A stretch of DNA of 64,000 nucleotides from Calditrichota bacterium (GCA_036725105.1 DAIMET010000004.1:7719-71718), one strand, 5' to 3'. Counted from the first letter of the stretch, positions 33,379-43,797 are shown. Notes: generated from the sequence alone by a model not told the origin. Translations and numbers: made by a program.

Positions 33379-34614
33379 TTACTGCATCTGATATACTCGC
33401 CAAACTTTCTCAACAGAACCCATTTTTCGAAGAGGATTGACCATTCTCAAATTGCAATCTGCAATTTGAGAAGCAGAGATTTTTCGGATGCTTAATTTTT
33501 GAATTGCACAATACAAGTTTTTGTACAGAGCTGCATCTAGCGCTATAAACGGAACCGTTGAACCCAATATGAGCACTCTTGCTTGAGAGAAATTCTTCTT
33601 TTGGACTCGACACAAAATACGACCGAGTCCCAGCAGGTTTTGATGCAAGTAAGAAAGTGAGGTTGGTTTTGATGAAACATTTACAGGAAAGCCCTTCAAT
33701 GCCTCATTGATATCAGGTACTGTTATTCCAAGACCAACTAATTCGTGGTTTTGTGTTTCCGCGATATGAATCAAGGAAGGTTCCCAAAACATAGTAATTG
33801 TTTTTAACAAAGATCGTTTTTCTCCTGCACACAATGGAGAAAACTGAGGATGGTTCGGTGACGACCATAGTTGATTGTAGAATCGAATGACTCGATCTAC
33901 TTCAAATGATAGTGTTTTTTTGGAAGGAGAGTAAACACGTATTCCTTTTTGCTGTAGCTGATTTTCTAGTGATCCAAAACGATTTTCCATCTGAAGAATT
34001 CGTTGGTAATATTGATAGAAGCTTCCTTCATCTACTCCAAAAGAATACCAATCGTTCTTTTTTTCTCCAATCAATGCAAAGTATTGTTGATAATAAGGTG
34101 GGTTGAATGGTTCCATAAAGAAGGGTGGGTGATGAAAACCATCAATTTGTAAACCAATCTGAGAGCTAGCATTAAAACGACCTGGTCCTAAAATGTTACA
34201 AACTTTTTGATTTCGAAGATTTTCTAATGCTGTGCTCAGTAATAGATGTGCAACCTGAGAATCATCAATGGATTCAAACAAACCAATCCAGCCTGTTTTC
34301 TTCTTCATATCGGGATGTTTTATTTCATCGTATTTAGTATCGATCCATGCAGCTATTCGACCAACGGGATTTTGATTTTGATAGGCTACCCAATATTGAA
34401 GATAAGAAACATGTTCAGAAAAAAACGGATTCTTATTAGGATGAAGTTCGAGGGTTTCAAAGAGGGGGAGTTGATACTGAGATTGATGGAGCTGATACCA
34501 AGGGATTTGAAAAAAAACACGAAAAAAATGCAAAAAAGAATTAGAGTCGGAATGATAGTGAAAACAACCGTTCTCTGTATGACCATGAAGTGCAGTACGA
34601 ATTGTAAGGTTCAA
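33379..34614 (-). CDS. YghO-like GNAT-fold protein
   Basis: PVGRIAAWID, GLFESIDD, GLQIDGF..PF..PFNPPYY. Confidence 0.75.
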   Translation of the reverse strand: MNLTIRTALHGHTENGCFHYHSDSNSFLHFFRVFFQIPWYQLHQSQYQLPLFETLELHPNKNPFFSEHVSYLQYWVAYQNQNPVGRIAAWIDTKYDEIKHPDMKKKTGWIGLFESIDDSQVAHLLLSTALENLRNQKVCNILGPGRFNASSQIGLQIDGFHHPPFFMEPFNPPYYQQYFALIGEKKNDWYSFGVDEGSFYQYYQRILQMENRFGSLENQLQQKGIRVYSPSKKTLSFEVDRVIRFYNQLWSSPNHPQFSPLCAGEKRSLLKTITMFWEPSLIHIAETQNHELVGLGITVPDINEALKGFPVNVSSKPTSLSYLHQNLLGLGRILCRVQKKNFSQARVLILGSTVPFIALDAALYKNLYCAIQKLSIRKISASQIADCNLRMVNPLRKMGSVEKVWRVYQMQ

Positions 34615-34622
34615 GAGGAACC

Positions 34623-35177
34623 CTAGTTTTTTATCAGAGAAGCATGTGTTTTTTTAATTTTTTCAACCTTTGGTTGAATGGAAATCTGGCAATAAACTTG
34701 GTGAGGATTATTCTTAAAATATTGGTGGTGATGAAGTTCTGCTGGATAGAATTCCTGTAATTCATTGATTTCAGTGACAATGGGTTGATTGTAAATCTTA
34801 TTGTCTGTAAGGTCTCGAATTGTCTTTAATGCTAATTCTTTTTGTTTTTGTGAAGAATAGAAAATTGCAGATCGATATTGCGACCCAATGTCTGCCCCTT
34901 GTGCATTTAAAGTCGTTGGATTATGTGCAGAAAAGAAAACGGAAAGCAATTCTTCATAGGAAACCTTTGATGGATCGAACTGAATACGTATTGCTTCTGC
35001 ATGCCCAGTTGTATTTGTACATACATCTTCGTACGCAGGTTGCTGGCTATGCCCACCTGTATACCCTGGTTCTACAGTATGGACTCCTTTAATGGTTGAA
35101 AAAACTGCTTCCATACACCAAAAGCAACCACCTGCAAAAATTGCAGTTTCAAATGTATGATTTTCATTGACTGTCAT
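34623..35177 (-). CDS. msrA: Peptide-methionine (S)-S-oxide reductase
   Basis: AGGCFWC, GYTGG, TGHAE, QYRSAIF, FYPAE.HHQYF. Confidence 0.97.
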   Translation of the reverse strand: MTVNENHTFETAIFAGGCFWCMEAVFSTIKGVHTVEPGYTGGHSQQPAYEDVCTNTTGHAEAIRIQFDPSKVSYEELLSVFFSAHNPTTLNAQGADIGSQYRSAIFYSSQKQKELALKTIRDLTDNKIYNQPIVTEINELQEFYPAELHHHQYFKNNPHQVYCQISIQPKVEKIKKTHASLIKN

Positions 35178-35179
35178 CT

Positions 35180-38100
35180 TTACATACTCCTAACGCTATT
35201 TTCAAGCGAATCAATGTGAGGGTAATTGATTAATCGCAACTGACATAGTAAAGAAATGCTTTTTGCTACATCTTTGGAAAAAAACATTTTTTCACGGAAA
35301 ACCTCTGGATCTAAAAGCTCTAAGACTTCAACCAAATGGGTGTATTGGATACGAGTGAGTGTTTTTAAGATACTTTGGATATCTTCGATGTCATCCGATT
35401 TACGAATTTTCTCTACAAACAGAACAGCTGGAATCTGATGCATATTACGGTATTTATTCTTATAAAGAGCATTTAAGAAGGAGCAAAGCTCTTGAAGATC
35501 TTCACATCCACTAATCTTTTCTTGTAATACTTGAATGCTGAAAGAAGATAGGAGTATCTGGAAATTGGTTTGTTGAAGAATGGGACGCAAGGTATTGAGA
35601 AACATTTCAATTTGAGACAGAGAAGGGCATTCTTGTAGTTTTTCGACATACAAATTCATGGGTATTTTAGTTAGGTCATTATATTGAATTTTATGAAGGG
35701 TACTGAGCAATATACCAATGTCATGCAAATGACTCTGTTCTTTAATTTTTTCAATAAATACCCACGCAGGAAGTGTTCTTAAAACGTATCTAAAACTACT
35801 CTTTGTGCAGACTTCCTTAAGTGTGCACAGTAACATCCCAATATCTCGTAAATTCGTACCCATCCTAATTTTGGATTCAAAAAGCATAGGCGGTAGCTTA
35901 GTAATATAGATGTATTGGATTTCTTCTAAATATGTCAGTAAAAGACCAATGCTTCGCAGGTCATCAGAAGCCTCAATTTTCTCTGCAATTAGGTTCGGTG
36001 GAATCAATTGGATCAAGTCTAAAAAGAAAGAAGGAGAGACGGTAACTTGCAAAGAAGAAAGAAACCAACTAATCGTTTCAAGATTGTTATTGTCGTGGAT
36101 TTTTTCCACCAACATTGTGGGTTCAATTTCGCGAATAAATGGATAATTTATCGCTTGTAAATCTTTGATTAACTTGCTGATATATGGTAGGTCCTCTGTA
36201 TTTTTTATTTGGTTTACAAAGATGGAAGCGGGTAACAGTTTTATAACTACATTGAAAAGTTCTCCAGAGAATGTCTCTTTTAAAGTATTCATCAAATGAC
36301 CTGTTTCGGATATACTAGATGAATTTTTAATCTTAGAAGCAAACAAACTAGGAGGGATTCCGTCGATATGGGGGTAATGGATTTCTTTCAAGAAAAGAAG
36401 AAGTGCAGAGATGTCTTCAAGGTTTTGTGTTTCTTCAATGAGATTTTGGAAGACCGTAGATGGCAATTGATTGCATTTGTCATAGTGTTCGCAGATAAAT
36501 AGAAGACAAGAAAATGGGCACTTTTTTTGCAATGATTCAATAATAGTTTTAATAGAAGGTAATGAGAGAGAGGAAAAAACACTCTTAAGCTCTGAGTTTT
36601 TAAAATTGTAAGAAAGGGATTCGTTGACATACATAGTATTCATTAAGATAGTTTTGAAGAGCTGAGGAAATTCCTTATGTGTAGTTAACTGATTGCATAC
36701 TTCTATTGGTATCCTTGATAGAACCGTTATCCCTTCTTCGGGGAATTTCTGTAAATAATGGACCAGAAAATCATTTTGAGTTGCTTTAGTATCTTGAGTT
36801 GTTATGCTCACAGGATCTTCTGATTCTTTATCAAGAAGAGAAGCATGACGATATACTTCAATGATATGATTTGCCAACGAAGGATGAGACAGATACAGGT
36901 ATTGAGGATTTTTGGTGGAAGTTTTCTGGATCAGGGGCGTAAGCGTACTCTTGTCAATATCCTCCGGTAGTATATTGCAGAAATTAGTCAAGAAGTCTTT
37001 TCGAATAGGGATTTCATATTGGCCTAGATATGCAATCGGAAGTATAAGGTTGGTTAAGTGGAAGTGTTGAATTGTTTCAGCAAGAATTTCTTTCGTGGGA
37101 GTATTCATCTGTAGCGAGTGGAGTTTGAAACACAACTGAGAAAGGTCATGGTAGTGATCTAATGTTAGTCGCATTTCTACAATCTTTTTAATCAGAGAAA
37201 GATCGTAAGATTGCCTTTTTAGAATCATGAGAAAACGATCTACTATTCGGTTGGATAAGTTATTATGCAATTGAAGTTGTAGACAGTTTTGAATAGTAGA
37301 CAAAAATGGTTTGTTGCGCAAAAATAAAACTCGGTTTTGAATGGAGGAGTAATATTCTTCATGAAAAAACTCATCATCTTGAGCTAGATGCAAATCATCA
37401 ACAATGAGAAAGGAATCTCCACCCTCTAGCAAAGAAGCTAAATCCAATAGTGCCTGGGGCTTTATCTGGTTTTGTCGGAACGACATATACAACACCAAGG
37501 TTCCATGTCTTGCTAATTCATATCCAACGTAATAGCCAAACGTAGTCTTTCCTGAAGAGTGGTCCGACTGTATCATTATAGTTTGGTTTTCATAGCTATT
37601 GCGAACTTTTTTGAAAATGGGATCGTTCACCATAAACCCTTTTTGGAAGTCTATCCACCTAGGATCTTGAAACCTATAAAACTCGGGTTGTAAATAAATA
37701 TCCTTACCCAACGTGGTTTCAATGGTGGAGTAGTTTTTCTTTAAAAAGTCTTGAATCTGGCGGGAAATCAGACTATGAAGATTTGAATGTTGCTTTGAAA
37801 TCGAGTGATAGATACTAAGCGATGAGCCTTTTTTTGGGTCTAGCATCCAACGTACTGTAAACCGATGGGCAATCAAGAAAAAGCCACAGAAGAGAAGAGA
37901 AGCAAAGAAAATGGAAAGGATTTCATGAAAAGTAAGAAAAAACTGTACGTTGAGGAGTAAAATGAAGAATACAATTACATTCAAAATAGTAAGCCAAGTA
38001 GAAGATTTTTTCAACTGGAACCGATCAAAAATGTGGATGGAATCGGAAACTTCTTTTATGGCGTATTGAATTTGTTGGTCAAAAACATCTTGTATACGTT

Positions 38101-38380
38101 CGATTCTATCATGGATTTGTTTGGGTGAATCAGATTCATCTAAATGGAAGGAAGAACTGACATGAGTCAAAGTTTTTCGAATGAGGGCAGGTTTACGAAG
38201 CAGAAGAAGGTATGATAGAAAAATAACAATGCTCTCTGTGAAAAAGAAAAGGGTAACAAACAATAGACCATTTTGCAAGGACGTGTTTCCTTGAATAGCT
38301 TTGATGACACTGGGGAACTGATCAAGCAAAAAGTGTCCAACCCATGTTTGAAAATAAGCGGCCAATGCGATAAACAACAT
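35180..38380 (-). CDS. TM + P-loop NTPase (STAND-like) + helical tandem-repeat protein
   Basis: N-terminal TM helices; SDHSSGKTT and FLIVDDLH; C-terminal alternating 36/41-aa repeats. Confidence 0.7.
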   Translation of the reverse strand: MLFIALAAYFQTWVGHFLLDQFPSVIKAIQGNTSLQNGLLFVTLFFFTESIVIFLSYLLLLRKPALIRKTLTHVSSSFHLDESDSPKQIHDRIERIQDVFDQQIQYAIKEVSDSIHIFDRFQLKKSSTWLTILNVIVFFILLLNVQFFLTFHEILSIFFASLLFCGFFLIAHRFTVRWMLDPKKGSSLSIYHSISKQHSNLHSLISRQIQDFLKKNYSTIETTLGKDIYLQPEFYRFQDPRWIDFQKGFMVNDPIFKKVRNSYENQTIMIQSDHSSGKTTFGYYVGYELARHGTLVLYMSFRQNQIKPQALLDLASLLEGGDSFLIVDDLHLAQDDEFFHEEYYSSIQNRVLFLRNKPFLSTIQNCLQLQLHNNLSNRIVDRFLMILKRQSYDLSLIKKIVEMRLTLDHYHDLSQLCFKLHSLQMNTPTKEILAETIQHFHLTNLILPIAYLGQYEIPIRKDFLTNFCNILPEDIDKSTLTPLIQKTSTKNPQYLYLSHPSLANHIIEVYRHASLLDKESEDPVSITTQDTKATQNDFLVHYLQKFPEEGITVLSRIPIEVCNQLTTHKEFPQLFKTILMNTMYVNESLSYNFKNSELKSVFSSLSLPSIKTIIESLQKKCPFSCLLFICEHYDKCNQLPSTVFQNLIEETQNLEDISALLLFLKEIHYPHIDGIPPSLFASKIKNSSSISETGHLMNTLKETFSGELFNVVIKLLPASIFVNQIKNTEDLPYISKLIKDLQAINYPFIREIEPTMLVEKIHDNNNLETISWFLSSLQVTVSPSFFLDLIQLIPPNLIAEKIEASDDLRSIGLLLTYLEEIQYIYITKLPPMLFESKIRMGTNLRDIGMLLCTLKEVCTKSSFRYVLRTLPAWVFIEKIKEQSHLHDIGILLSTLHKIQYNDLTKIPMNLYVEKLQECPSLSQIEMFLNTLRPILQQTNFQILLSSFSIQVLQEKISGCEDLQELCSFLNALYKNKYRNMHQIPAVLFVEKIRKSDDIEDIQSILKTLTRIQYTHLVEVLELLDPEVFREKMFFSKDVAKSISLLCQLRLINYPHIDSLENSVRSM

Positions 38381-38413
38381 TCGTTACCTTTCCATTACAT
38401 CAAACAAGGATTC

Positions 38414-38950
38414 TCATTTGAGGGAGTATGCATTATGCAACGTTTCAATGTATTGAATCAAATCGTCCGCTGTATCAAAAGTTTTGTAGCTTTCGTTGAG
38501 AGGAGAAGGTGGTGTAGCGATAAACTCTTTTTGAGACGTAAACTCCATAATTGACCACGGGTAAATCTGAGGGGGAGATGGTGTATCAGCTTTGAAAAAA
38601 TGGTTTTTATACGGGTAGTTTTTTAACTGAAACACATAGTAGGTTTCTCTGAATGAGGCATTTTGGACTAAATAAAGAAATTGAGAGAAATAGCTTTCAT
38701 TGCCAAAATAACAACCTTTTTCTGTGAAATAGGGATTGTGAACATGAAGATATTCGTTGTGCCACTGAATAAGTGATTGAATGGTAGAGCATTCTTGTGT
38801 GGATGAAAGTTCAGGGCTCCAAGAAGTTAGCTTTTTTCTAATCCGAATCAATTCTGTCATAGCTTTTTCTTTCGATGAGTCCGATGGAAGATTTTCAAAA
38901 GGAAAAACTACAATGGCTTCATCGTTAAACGCAGTCATAGTCATCTCCAT
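38414..38950 (-). CDS. Hypothetical protein
   Basis: 178-aa ORF heading the minus-strand run. Confidence 0.6.
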   Translation of the reverse strand: MEMTMTAFNDEAIVVFPFENLPSDSSKEKAMTELIRIRKKLTSWSPELSSTQECSTIQSLIQWHNEYLHVHNPYFTEKGCYFGNESYFSQFLYLVQNASFRETYYVFQLKNYPYKNHFFKADTPSPPQIYPWSIMEFTSQKEFIATPPSPLNESYKTFDTADDLIQYIETLHNAYSLK

Positions 38951-39019
38951 GTTTTAATCGAGTTTTGAATTCATTTTTACCAAATAACTTGTTACCATTG
39001 TACCATATTTTGAGAAAAT

Positions 39020-39568
39020 TTAATTTACAAAGGTTTTTTCGGTAACATGGGACTGGACTGCACTTAAGAACTCTTCAGGATTATCAGAACCAATGAATAT
39101 CGTTGCACCATTTTTCAAAACAAGATGCAGTCCAACATTTCCATGAATCAAATATGCTTTTTTTCTGCCCAATCCACGATTGCCCCAACCACCATATTCC
39201 AAGATAGGGTTGCATGTTCTGATGTGAACCTGTTGAATGTTCTCAAATGGGATAAAACGACGGATAAAAATACAATTAGCGGAGGAAAGATGAATGCCAT
39301 CCTGATCCACTATGGTGTGCATGTTGCTAGTAATCATGAAAACAGGAAACAATATCCCAAATCCAATCCATATCAATACAACACCTAAATCAGAAGCTGG
39401 ATTGGTACCGACAGGTATTTTCTCGATCAGTTGAATATATGCTGTGTACCATGCTCCTACTGAAGTTGCAATAACAATTAACCAAACCCACCATTGATTC
39501 AGCCACTGTTTTTCTTCAAACTCAATAAAAGTGTTCTTCATTACATGATCTTGATTCATATTATCCAC
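39020..39568 (-). CDS. DUF6141-like / bPH-domain membrane protein
   Basis: FEEKQW..WW; EYGGWG.R..AY..GN.GL.L..G..IFIGS..PEE. Confidence 0.75.
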   Translation of the reverse strand: MDNMNQDHVMKNTFIEFEEKQWLNQWWVWLIVIATSVGAWYTAYIQLIEKIPVGTNPASDLGVVLIWIGFGILFPVFMITSNMHTIVDQDGIHLSSANCIFIRRFIPFENIQQVHIRTCNPILEYGGWGNRGLGRKKAYLIHGNVGLHLVLKNGATIFIGSDNPEEFLSAVQSHVTEKTFVN

Positions 39569-39743
39569 CTTTACTCTAGAATCATAACCGGCTGCATACG
39601 TTCACTACAACCATTGTACTGTATTGAACTCGTAAAAAGAAGAAATTTTTTAGTTAGGTGCTAGAAATTCATTAATCTGCTTTTTCAATTATACTAGTAG
39701 TTGGAGCAGTATAATTGCTCCACTAAGCCACAGGAGGTATCGT

Positions 39744-39968
39744 ATGGCAGATTTTACATTTAAGATTGAAGAAACGATTGGTGTTCTGTCTACCAATGCA
39801 AAAGGATGGACAAAAGAGTTGAATAAGGTATCCTGGAGTGGAAGATCACCCAAATTTGACATCCGTGATTGGTCACCTGAGCACGACAAAATGAGTAAGG
39901 GCGTGACTTTAACGGATGAAGAAGTAAAGGAATTGAAGAAATTACTAGAACCACTTTCGACAGAATAG
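39744..39968 (+). CDS. PC4/YdbC family ssDNA-binding protein
   Basis: GGAGG RBS; GWTKELNKVSW..PKFDIRDW..MSKGVTL. Confidence 0.92.
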   Translation: MADFTFKIEETIGVLSTNAKGWTKELNKVSWSGRSPKFDIRDWSPEHDKMSKGVTLTDEEVKELKKLLEPLSTE

Positions 39969-40157
39969 CTCATTTTGGTAGGGAATTTTTTTGAATGTTT
40001 TGAAACTGATGGTTTTGTAAATGTAATTTAATGGATATGAAAAAAACTCCAATTTAAAAATATAAAAAAAATGGAACAGTATTCCCAAATCCTTTTTCTT
40101 TTTCTCTCACTCTATTTCTTTGAAAACGTATTTTTCATGCTAAAATATTTATGGTTT

Positions 40158-40233
40158 GGGGCAGTAGTTCAATTGGGAGAACACGTGCTTCGCAAGTACG
40201 AGGTCGGGGGTTCGACCCCCCCCTGCTCCACCA
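40158..40233 (+). tRNA. tRNA-Ala(CGC)
   Basis: GGGGCAG/CTGCTCC acceptor stem with G3:U70, anticodon loop TTCGCAA, GGTTCGA T-loop, encoded CCA; 76 nt. Confidence 0.97.
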
Positions 40234-40423
40234 TCTCCCTTCTCTCATAAATACCAACTTTCTTCTCTCCGTAATCTTTTGATTTGAGAATCACTTTGAG
40301 TTATAGATTCTCTAAACTTTGACTCAATAAGTGTGACAGTCCAGTCTTTTTTTTTCATAGAATCACAAAAAACAAGTGAAAGTTACACCGTTTCCTTATT
40401 TTTGCATAGTGGTAGTTTTTTTA

Positions 40424-41782
40424 CTACGAGTTTTTTTTATTTTTCACTTCTCTTTGCTGCCAAAGTTTGTCAGCTTTCTGAGCCCATTTCTGAGCCGGGT
40501 TAATAGTTTTGCTAACTAAATGGTCTACATCTTCAGGGTTTCCCATATCAGTTGATTTTGCATTGCTTCTATGCACCATTTCCTGTAATTTTTCAGGATT
40601 ATCTAATAGGGGGCAGGGACGATACATATTTTTATTGAAAGGCTGTCCTTTGTGGTATTCCATGAATAAAGGCGATTTTAGAGCTTCTAGTAGCGTTTTA
40701 TCCTTAATGTTGGAATCGGCATAGTGTATGAAAGCACAGGGTTCAATATCTCCATTGGCATTAATGTGTAAGTATTTTCTACCACCAGCTATACAACCAT
40801 TCGAATAATCGCCGTCATTCCAAAAATCAAGTGTGAACAATGGTTTTGTTTTTCTATATTCTCGAATTTTCCGATACATGTACTCGCGTTGCTCAGGCGT
40901 GGCAATTAAGTCGGGAATTGCATCCATTCCGACAGGGATATAAGTAAAAAACCAGCCGAATTTACATCCTTTTTCAATCGTAAAATCTATGTATTCTTCG
41001 CTACCTATTACATCTGTATTGTATTTATGATAGCAGGTTGAAAAGCCAAAAAGAATTTTCTTTTTGCGCATAATATCCATTGCCGTTACAATTTTATTGA
41101 AAGTTCCTTCTCCACGTCTCATATCCGTTTCTTTTTCAAAACCTTCAATACTCACAATCGGAATAAAATTTTTGACTTGAAGAATTTCTTCGGCAAATTC
41201 TTCATCAATAAGCGTGGCGTTGGTAAAAGCCATAAAAGTGCTGTCACTGTGCTTTTTACACAATTGGATTACATCTTTTTTTCTTACTAAAGGCTCTCCA
41301 CCTGAGAGAATATAGGTATAAACGCCAAATTCTTTACCTTGCTTAATGATACTATCCATAGTTTCAATGGATAAATTTAATGCATGGTTGTAATCAGCCG
41401 CCCAGCACCCTTTGCAACGAAGGTTACAGGCTGAAGTGGGATCCATCAATATAGCCCAGGGAATATTACATTTATGCTTTTCACGAAGTTCACTCTGTCG
41501 TTGTCCGCCTACTACTCCGCCGTTGACAAAAAAATTAACAAAGAAAGTTTTCCGTATGCTTGGATCAATATCAGAATATACCATGTGCATTAAGTCATAC
41601 CAATTATCTTTTCGTTCCAGGAAATTACGGAATGCCTGGAAAGAATTGGTATGAATGTGTTTTAGGTCAAATTTTTCTAGCCAATTTATAACGATGGGCA
41701 TGTGCTTATCTGGATCAGATTGTAAATAATTCGCCATTTTAGTTAATCCAAATTTTTCAACATTTTCGAGTAACGAATTCAT
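40424..41782 (-). CDS. Radical SAM protein with SPASM/twitch-like C-terminus
   Basis: GGAGGT RBS then ATG 41782; CNLRCKGC; SGGEP; GCIAGGR.Y.HINANGDIEPCAF. Confidence 0.9.
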   Translation of the reverse strand: MNSLLENVEKFGLTKMANYLQSDPDKHMPIVINWLEKFDLKHIHTNSFQAFRNFLERKDNWYDLMHMVYSDIDPSIRKTFFVNFFVNGGVVGGQRQSELREKHKCNIPWAILMDPTSACNLRCKGCWAADYNHALNLSIETMDSIIKQGKEFGVYTYILSGGEPLVRKKDVIQLCKKHSDSTFMAFTNATLIDEEFAEEILQVKNFIPIVSIEGFEKETDMRRGEGTFNKIVTAMDIMRKKKILFGFSTCYHKYNTDVIGSEEYIDFTIEKGCKFGWFFTYIPVGMDAIPDLIATPEQREYMYRKIREYRKTKPLFTLDFWNDGDYSNGCIAGGRKYLHINANGDIEPCAFIHYADSNIKDKTLLEALKSPLFMEYHKGQPFNKNMYRPCPLLDNPEKLQEMVHRSNAKSTDMGNPEDVDHLVSKTINPAQKWAQKADKLWQQREVKNKKNS

Positions 41783-41850
41783 GTATATTACCTCCAAAAA
41801 TTTCATCAATACAGGGTTGATGAATGAAATAAAAAAATATTATATTCAAA

Positions 41851-42453
41851 TCAATAACCTATTTGTTCATTTTCGACTCTCAGTGAACCCCCAGGCAAAT
41901 GTAAGCTTTCCTCAATCATACGAAGCAAAGTATTCTGTTCTATGTGATTATTTTTCCGTAAATCATAAAATCCATCAATTAGTGCTAATAAAATTTCTAC
42001 AGAGTATTGAATGTGGATTTGGTTTTCCGCCTTTCCAATTTCAATAAGACGCTTTACAATTCGATGATTTAGTTCTCTTATACTTTGTTGAATGGAATCA
42101 AGCAGAATTATATATGTGGAAAGATTCATATTTCGAAATACTCTGGGACTCATTTTATCCAGCAGTTTTATCTCTAAACCAATAAACTGGATTAATTTTT
42201 GCACAAATGATTTAGGAGGATATTCAATAGTGGCAAACATTTGCTCTTCAATTTTCTCAAATTCAAGCTCTATACCGGACATAATAACATCTTTTTTGGA
42301 AGGGAAATAATAATAAAATAAACCTTGTGCTACTCCTATTTCTTTTACAATAGAGCTGACAGGCGTATTTGCAATACCATTTTTAAAAAAAAGTTTCCAG
42401 GCTGTTTCCACAATCTCATGTTTTCGCTCACTTGGCAATTTTTTTGTACTCAT
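41851..42453 (-). CDS. TetR/AcrR family regulator
   Basis: ETAWKLFFKNG..TPVSSIVKEIGVAQGLFYYYFPSKKD. Confidence 0.93.
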   Translation of the reverse strand: MSTKKLPSERKHEIVETAWKLFFKNGIANTPVSSIVKEIGVAQGLFYYYFPSKKDVIMSGIELEFEKIEEQMFATIEYPPKSFVQKLIQFIGLEIKLLDKMSPRVFRNMNLSTYIILLDSIQQSIRELNHRIVKRLIEIGKAENQIHIQYSVEILLALIDGFYDLRKNNHIEQNTLLRMIEESLHLPGGSLRVENEQIGY

Positions 42454-42483
42454 GTTTCTCCCAATATGCAATTGTTTCTATGT

Positions 42484-42519
42484 ATTATATCAACTGACTA
42501 AAAAATGTAAATAGTCAGT
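42484..42519 (-). promoter_or_regulatory. tetR promoter overlapped by an inverted-repeat operator
   Basis: Minus strand TTTACA-N16-TGnTATAAT; perfect IR ACTGACTA (42493-42500) N11 TAGTCAGT (42512-42519). Confidence 0.7.
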
Positions 42520-42846
42520 ATGATACATGTTGTGCTTTAAATAGTTGCATATGTGCTTTCAATTCCTCATTTTCTGTCCATTATTTAAAGAATTGTATGG
42601 TCTATACACTCATGAGAGTAGATATGCTCACAAAGTAGAAGAATGAGCATATAAATCTTACAAACTTGTCGAAAGAGTAGAGACTCCAACAAAATCAGTG
42701 GGTAATGGTTAGCTTGAGACATGTCTGTAAATGATGAATAACGGACATTGAAGTTGAGAATTGTCTTTCTTTGTGGGAAACATTTTTGCTATACTAGCGA
42801 TTGATAGAGCACTTTTTTGGTTTGAATTTTCAAGAAAGGAATTGCG

Positions 42847-43311
42847 ATGAAAAACGTCATACTTATAGTGGGACTTTTTTTCATGTTGGTTTTGCCCCTT
42901 AGTTTTTTTGCACATGTGAACATGACTAGTGATCCACTCGACTACTATAAATCACAAAATCCCACCATCACGCAAGAGCAAATTGATATGTTTAAACAGC
43001 AGCACGGACTGGACAAGCCTTCACTTGTACGGTATGTATACTGGCTTAAGAATATTGCTACGGGAGATGCAGAAGTGTATAAAGCTTACAATATGAGCAT
43101 TTTTCCCTTCATAATGATCGTACTTGCTTCGTTGATTACAGGCATCGCTGCAGTTTTTATTCTGAAAAAACCCTTAGTTTCTATTGTGCTGTTTGGTTTT
43201 GCCATATTACCCTCCCTTATTGCACGAATCTATGGCTTCGTAATCATTCTACTTTTTCTAATCGTCCTATCGTGCATCGCGTACAAACAAACAAAGCAAA
43301 CAGTTGCGTGA
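42847..43311 (+). CDS. Membrane protein with a DppB/OppB-type permease N-terminal domain (short, orphan)
   Basis: DP..ITQEQID..GLDKP..RY..WL.NI.TGD; lacks the EAA core. Confidence 0.65.
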   Translation: MKNVILIVGLFFMLVLPLSFFAHVNMTSDPLDYYKSQNPTITQEQIDMFKQQHGLDKPSLVRYVYWLKNIATGDAEVYKAYNMSIFPFIMIVLASLITGIAAVFILKKPLVSIVLFGFAILPSLIARIYGFVIILLFLIVLSCIAYKQTKQTVA

Positions 43312-43455
43312 GGATGTAAACTAAATAAGAAAGGAGTAAGCATGTATCCGGATATGGGAAAGCCCAATTACGGTATCTTGTAACCTGTTCAATATAAACT
43401 TTTCTAGTATACTAATGGTAACATTAACAAATATGCAAGGAATGAGAGATTAAAT

Positions 43456-43797
43456 ATGCAATCTACAAAAGTCAATGTTGTTTATCAGAAAGAACCCGAA
43501 TCTGAACCACTTTATATAAATGGTGCTTATGGTGGTTTTACACCTCAAGGGGAGCTTCTTATACAGTTTTATCTTGAAAAATTTTCAATGCACGAAAAAG
43601 CTGAATTGTATGTTTCCAAGGATGGTTCAATAATGGAAGAATCGTTAGATGATGAATCTTCCTATGTTATTAGAAGAGTCCAAACTAGTGTTATTCTTAA
43701 TCCAAGCTTTCTAAAAGTTTTTCATGAATGGCTAGGAAAAAAAATTGAAGAATACGAAATGATAAAAAAGAATAAGGATGAACAAAGTGAATTATAA
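43456..43797 (+). CDS. DUF3467-like small acidic protein (possible chaperone)
   Basis: LYINGAYGGFTPQGELLIQFY pattern. Confidence 0.55.
   Translation: MQSTKVNVVYQKEPESEPLYINGAYGGFTPQGELLIQFYLEKFSMHEKAELYVSKDGSIMEESLDDESSYVIRRVQTSVILNPSFLKVFHEWLGKKIEEYEMIKKNKDEQSEL

Noticed and set aside
39561-39569. TTATCCACC, a near DnaA box
   Set aside because: Single mismatched copy overlapping a gene start, 16 kb from dnaN; not evidence for oriC
42661-42700. CAAACTTGTCGAAAGAGTAGAGAC resembles a c-di-GMP-I riboswitch P2 arm
   Set aside because: The stem around GAAA pairs for only 2 bp and the GACGCAAA/P3 elements are missing; an Infernal RF01051 search would settle it
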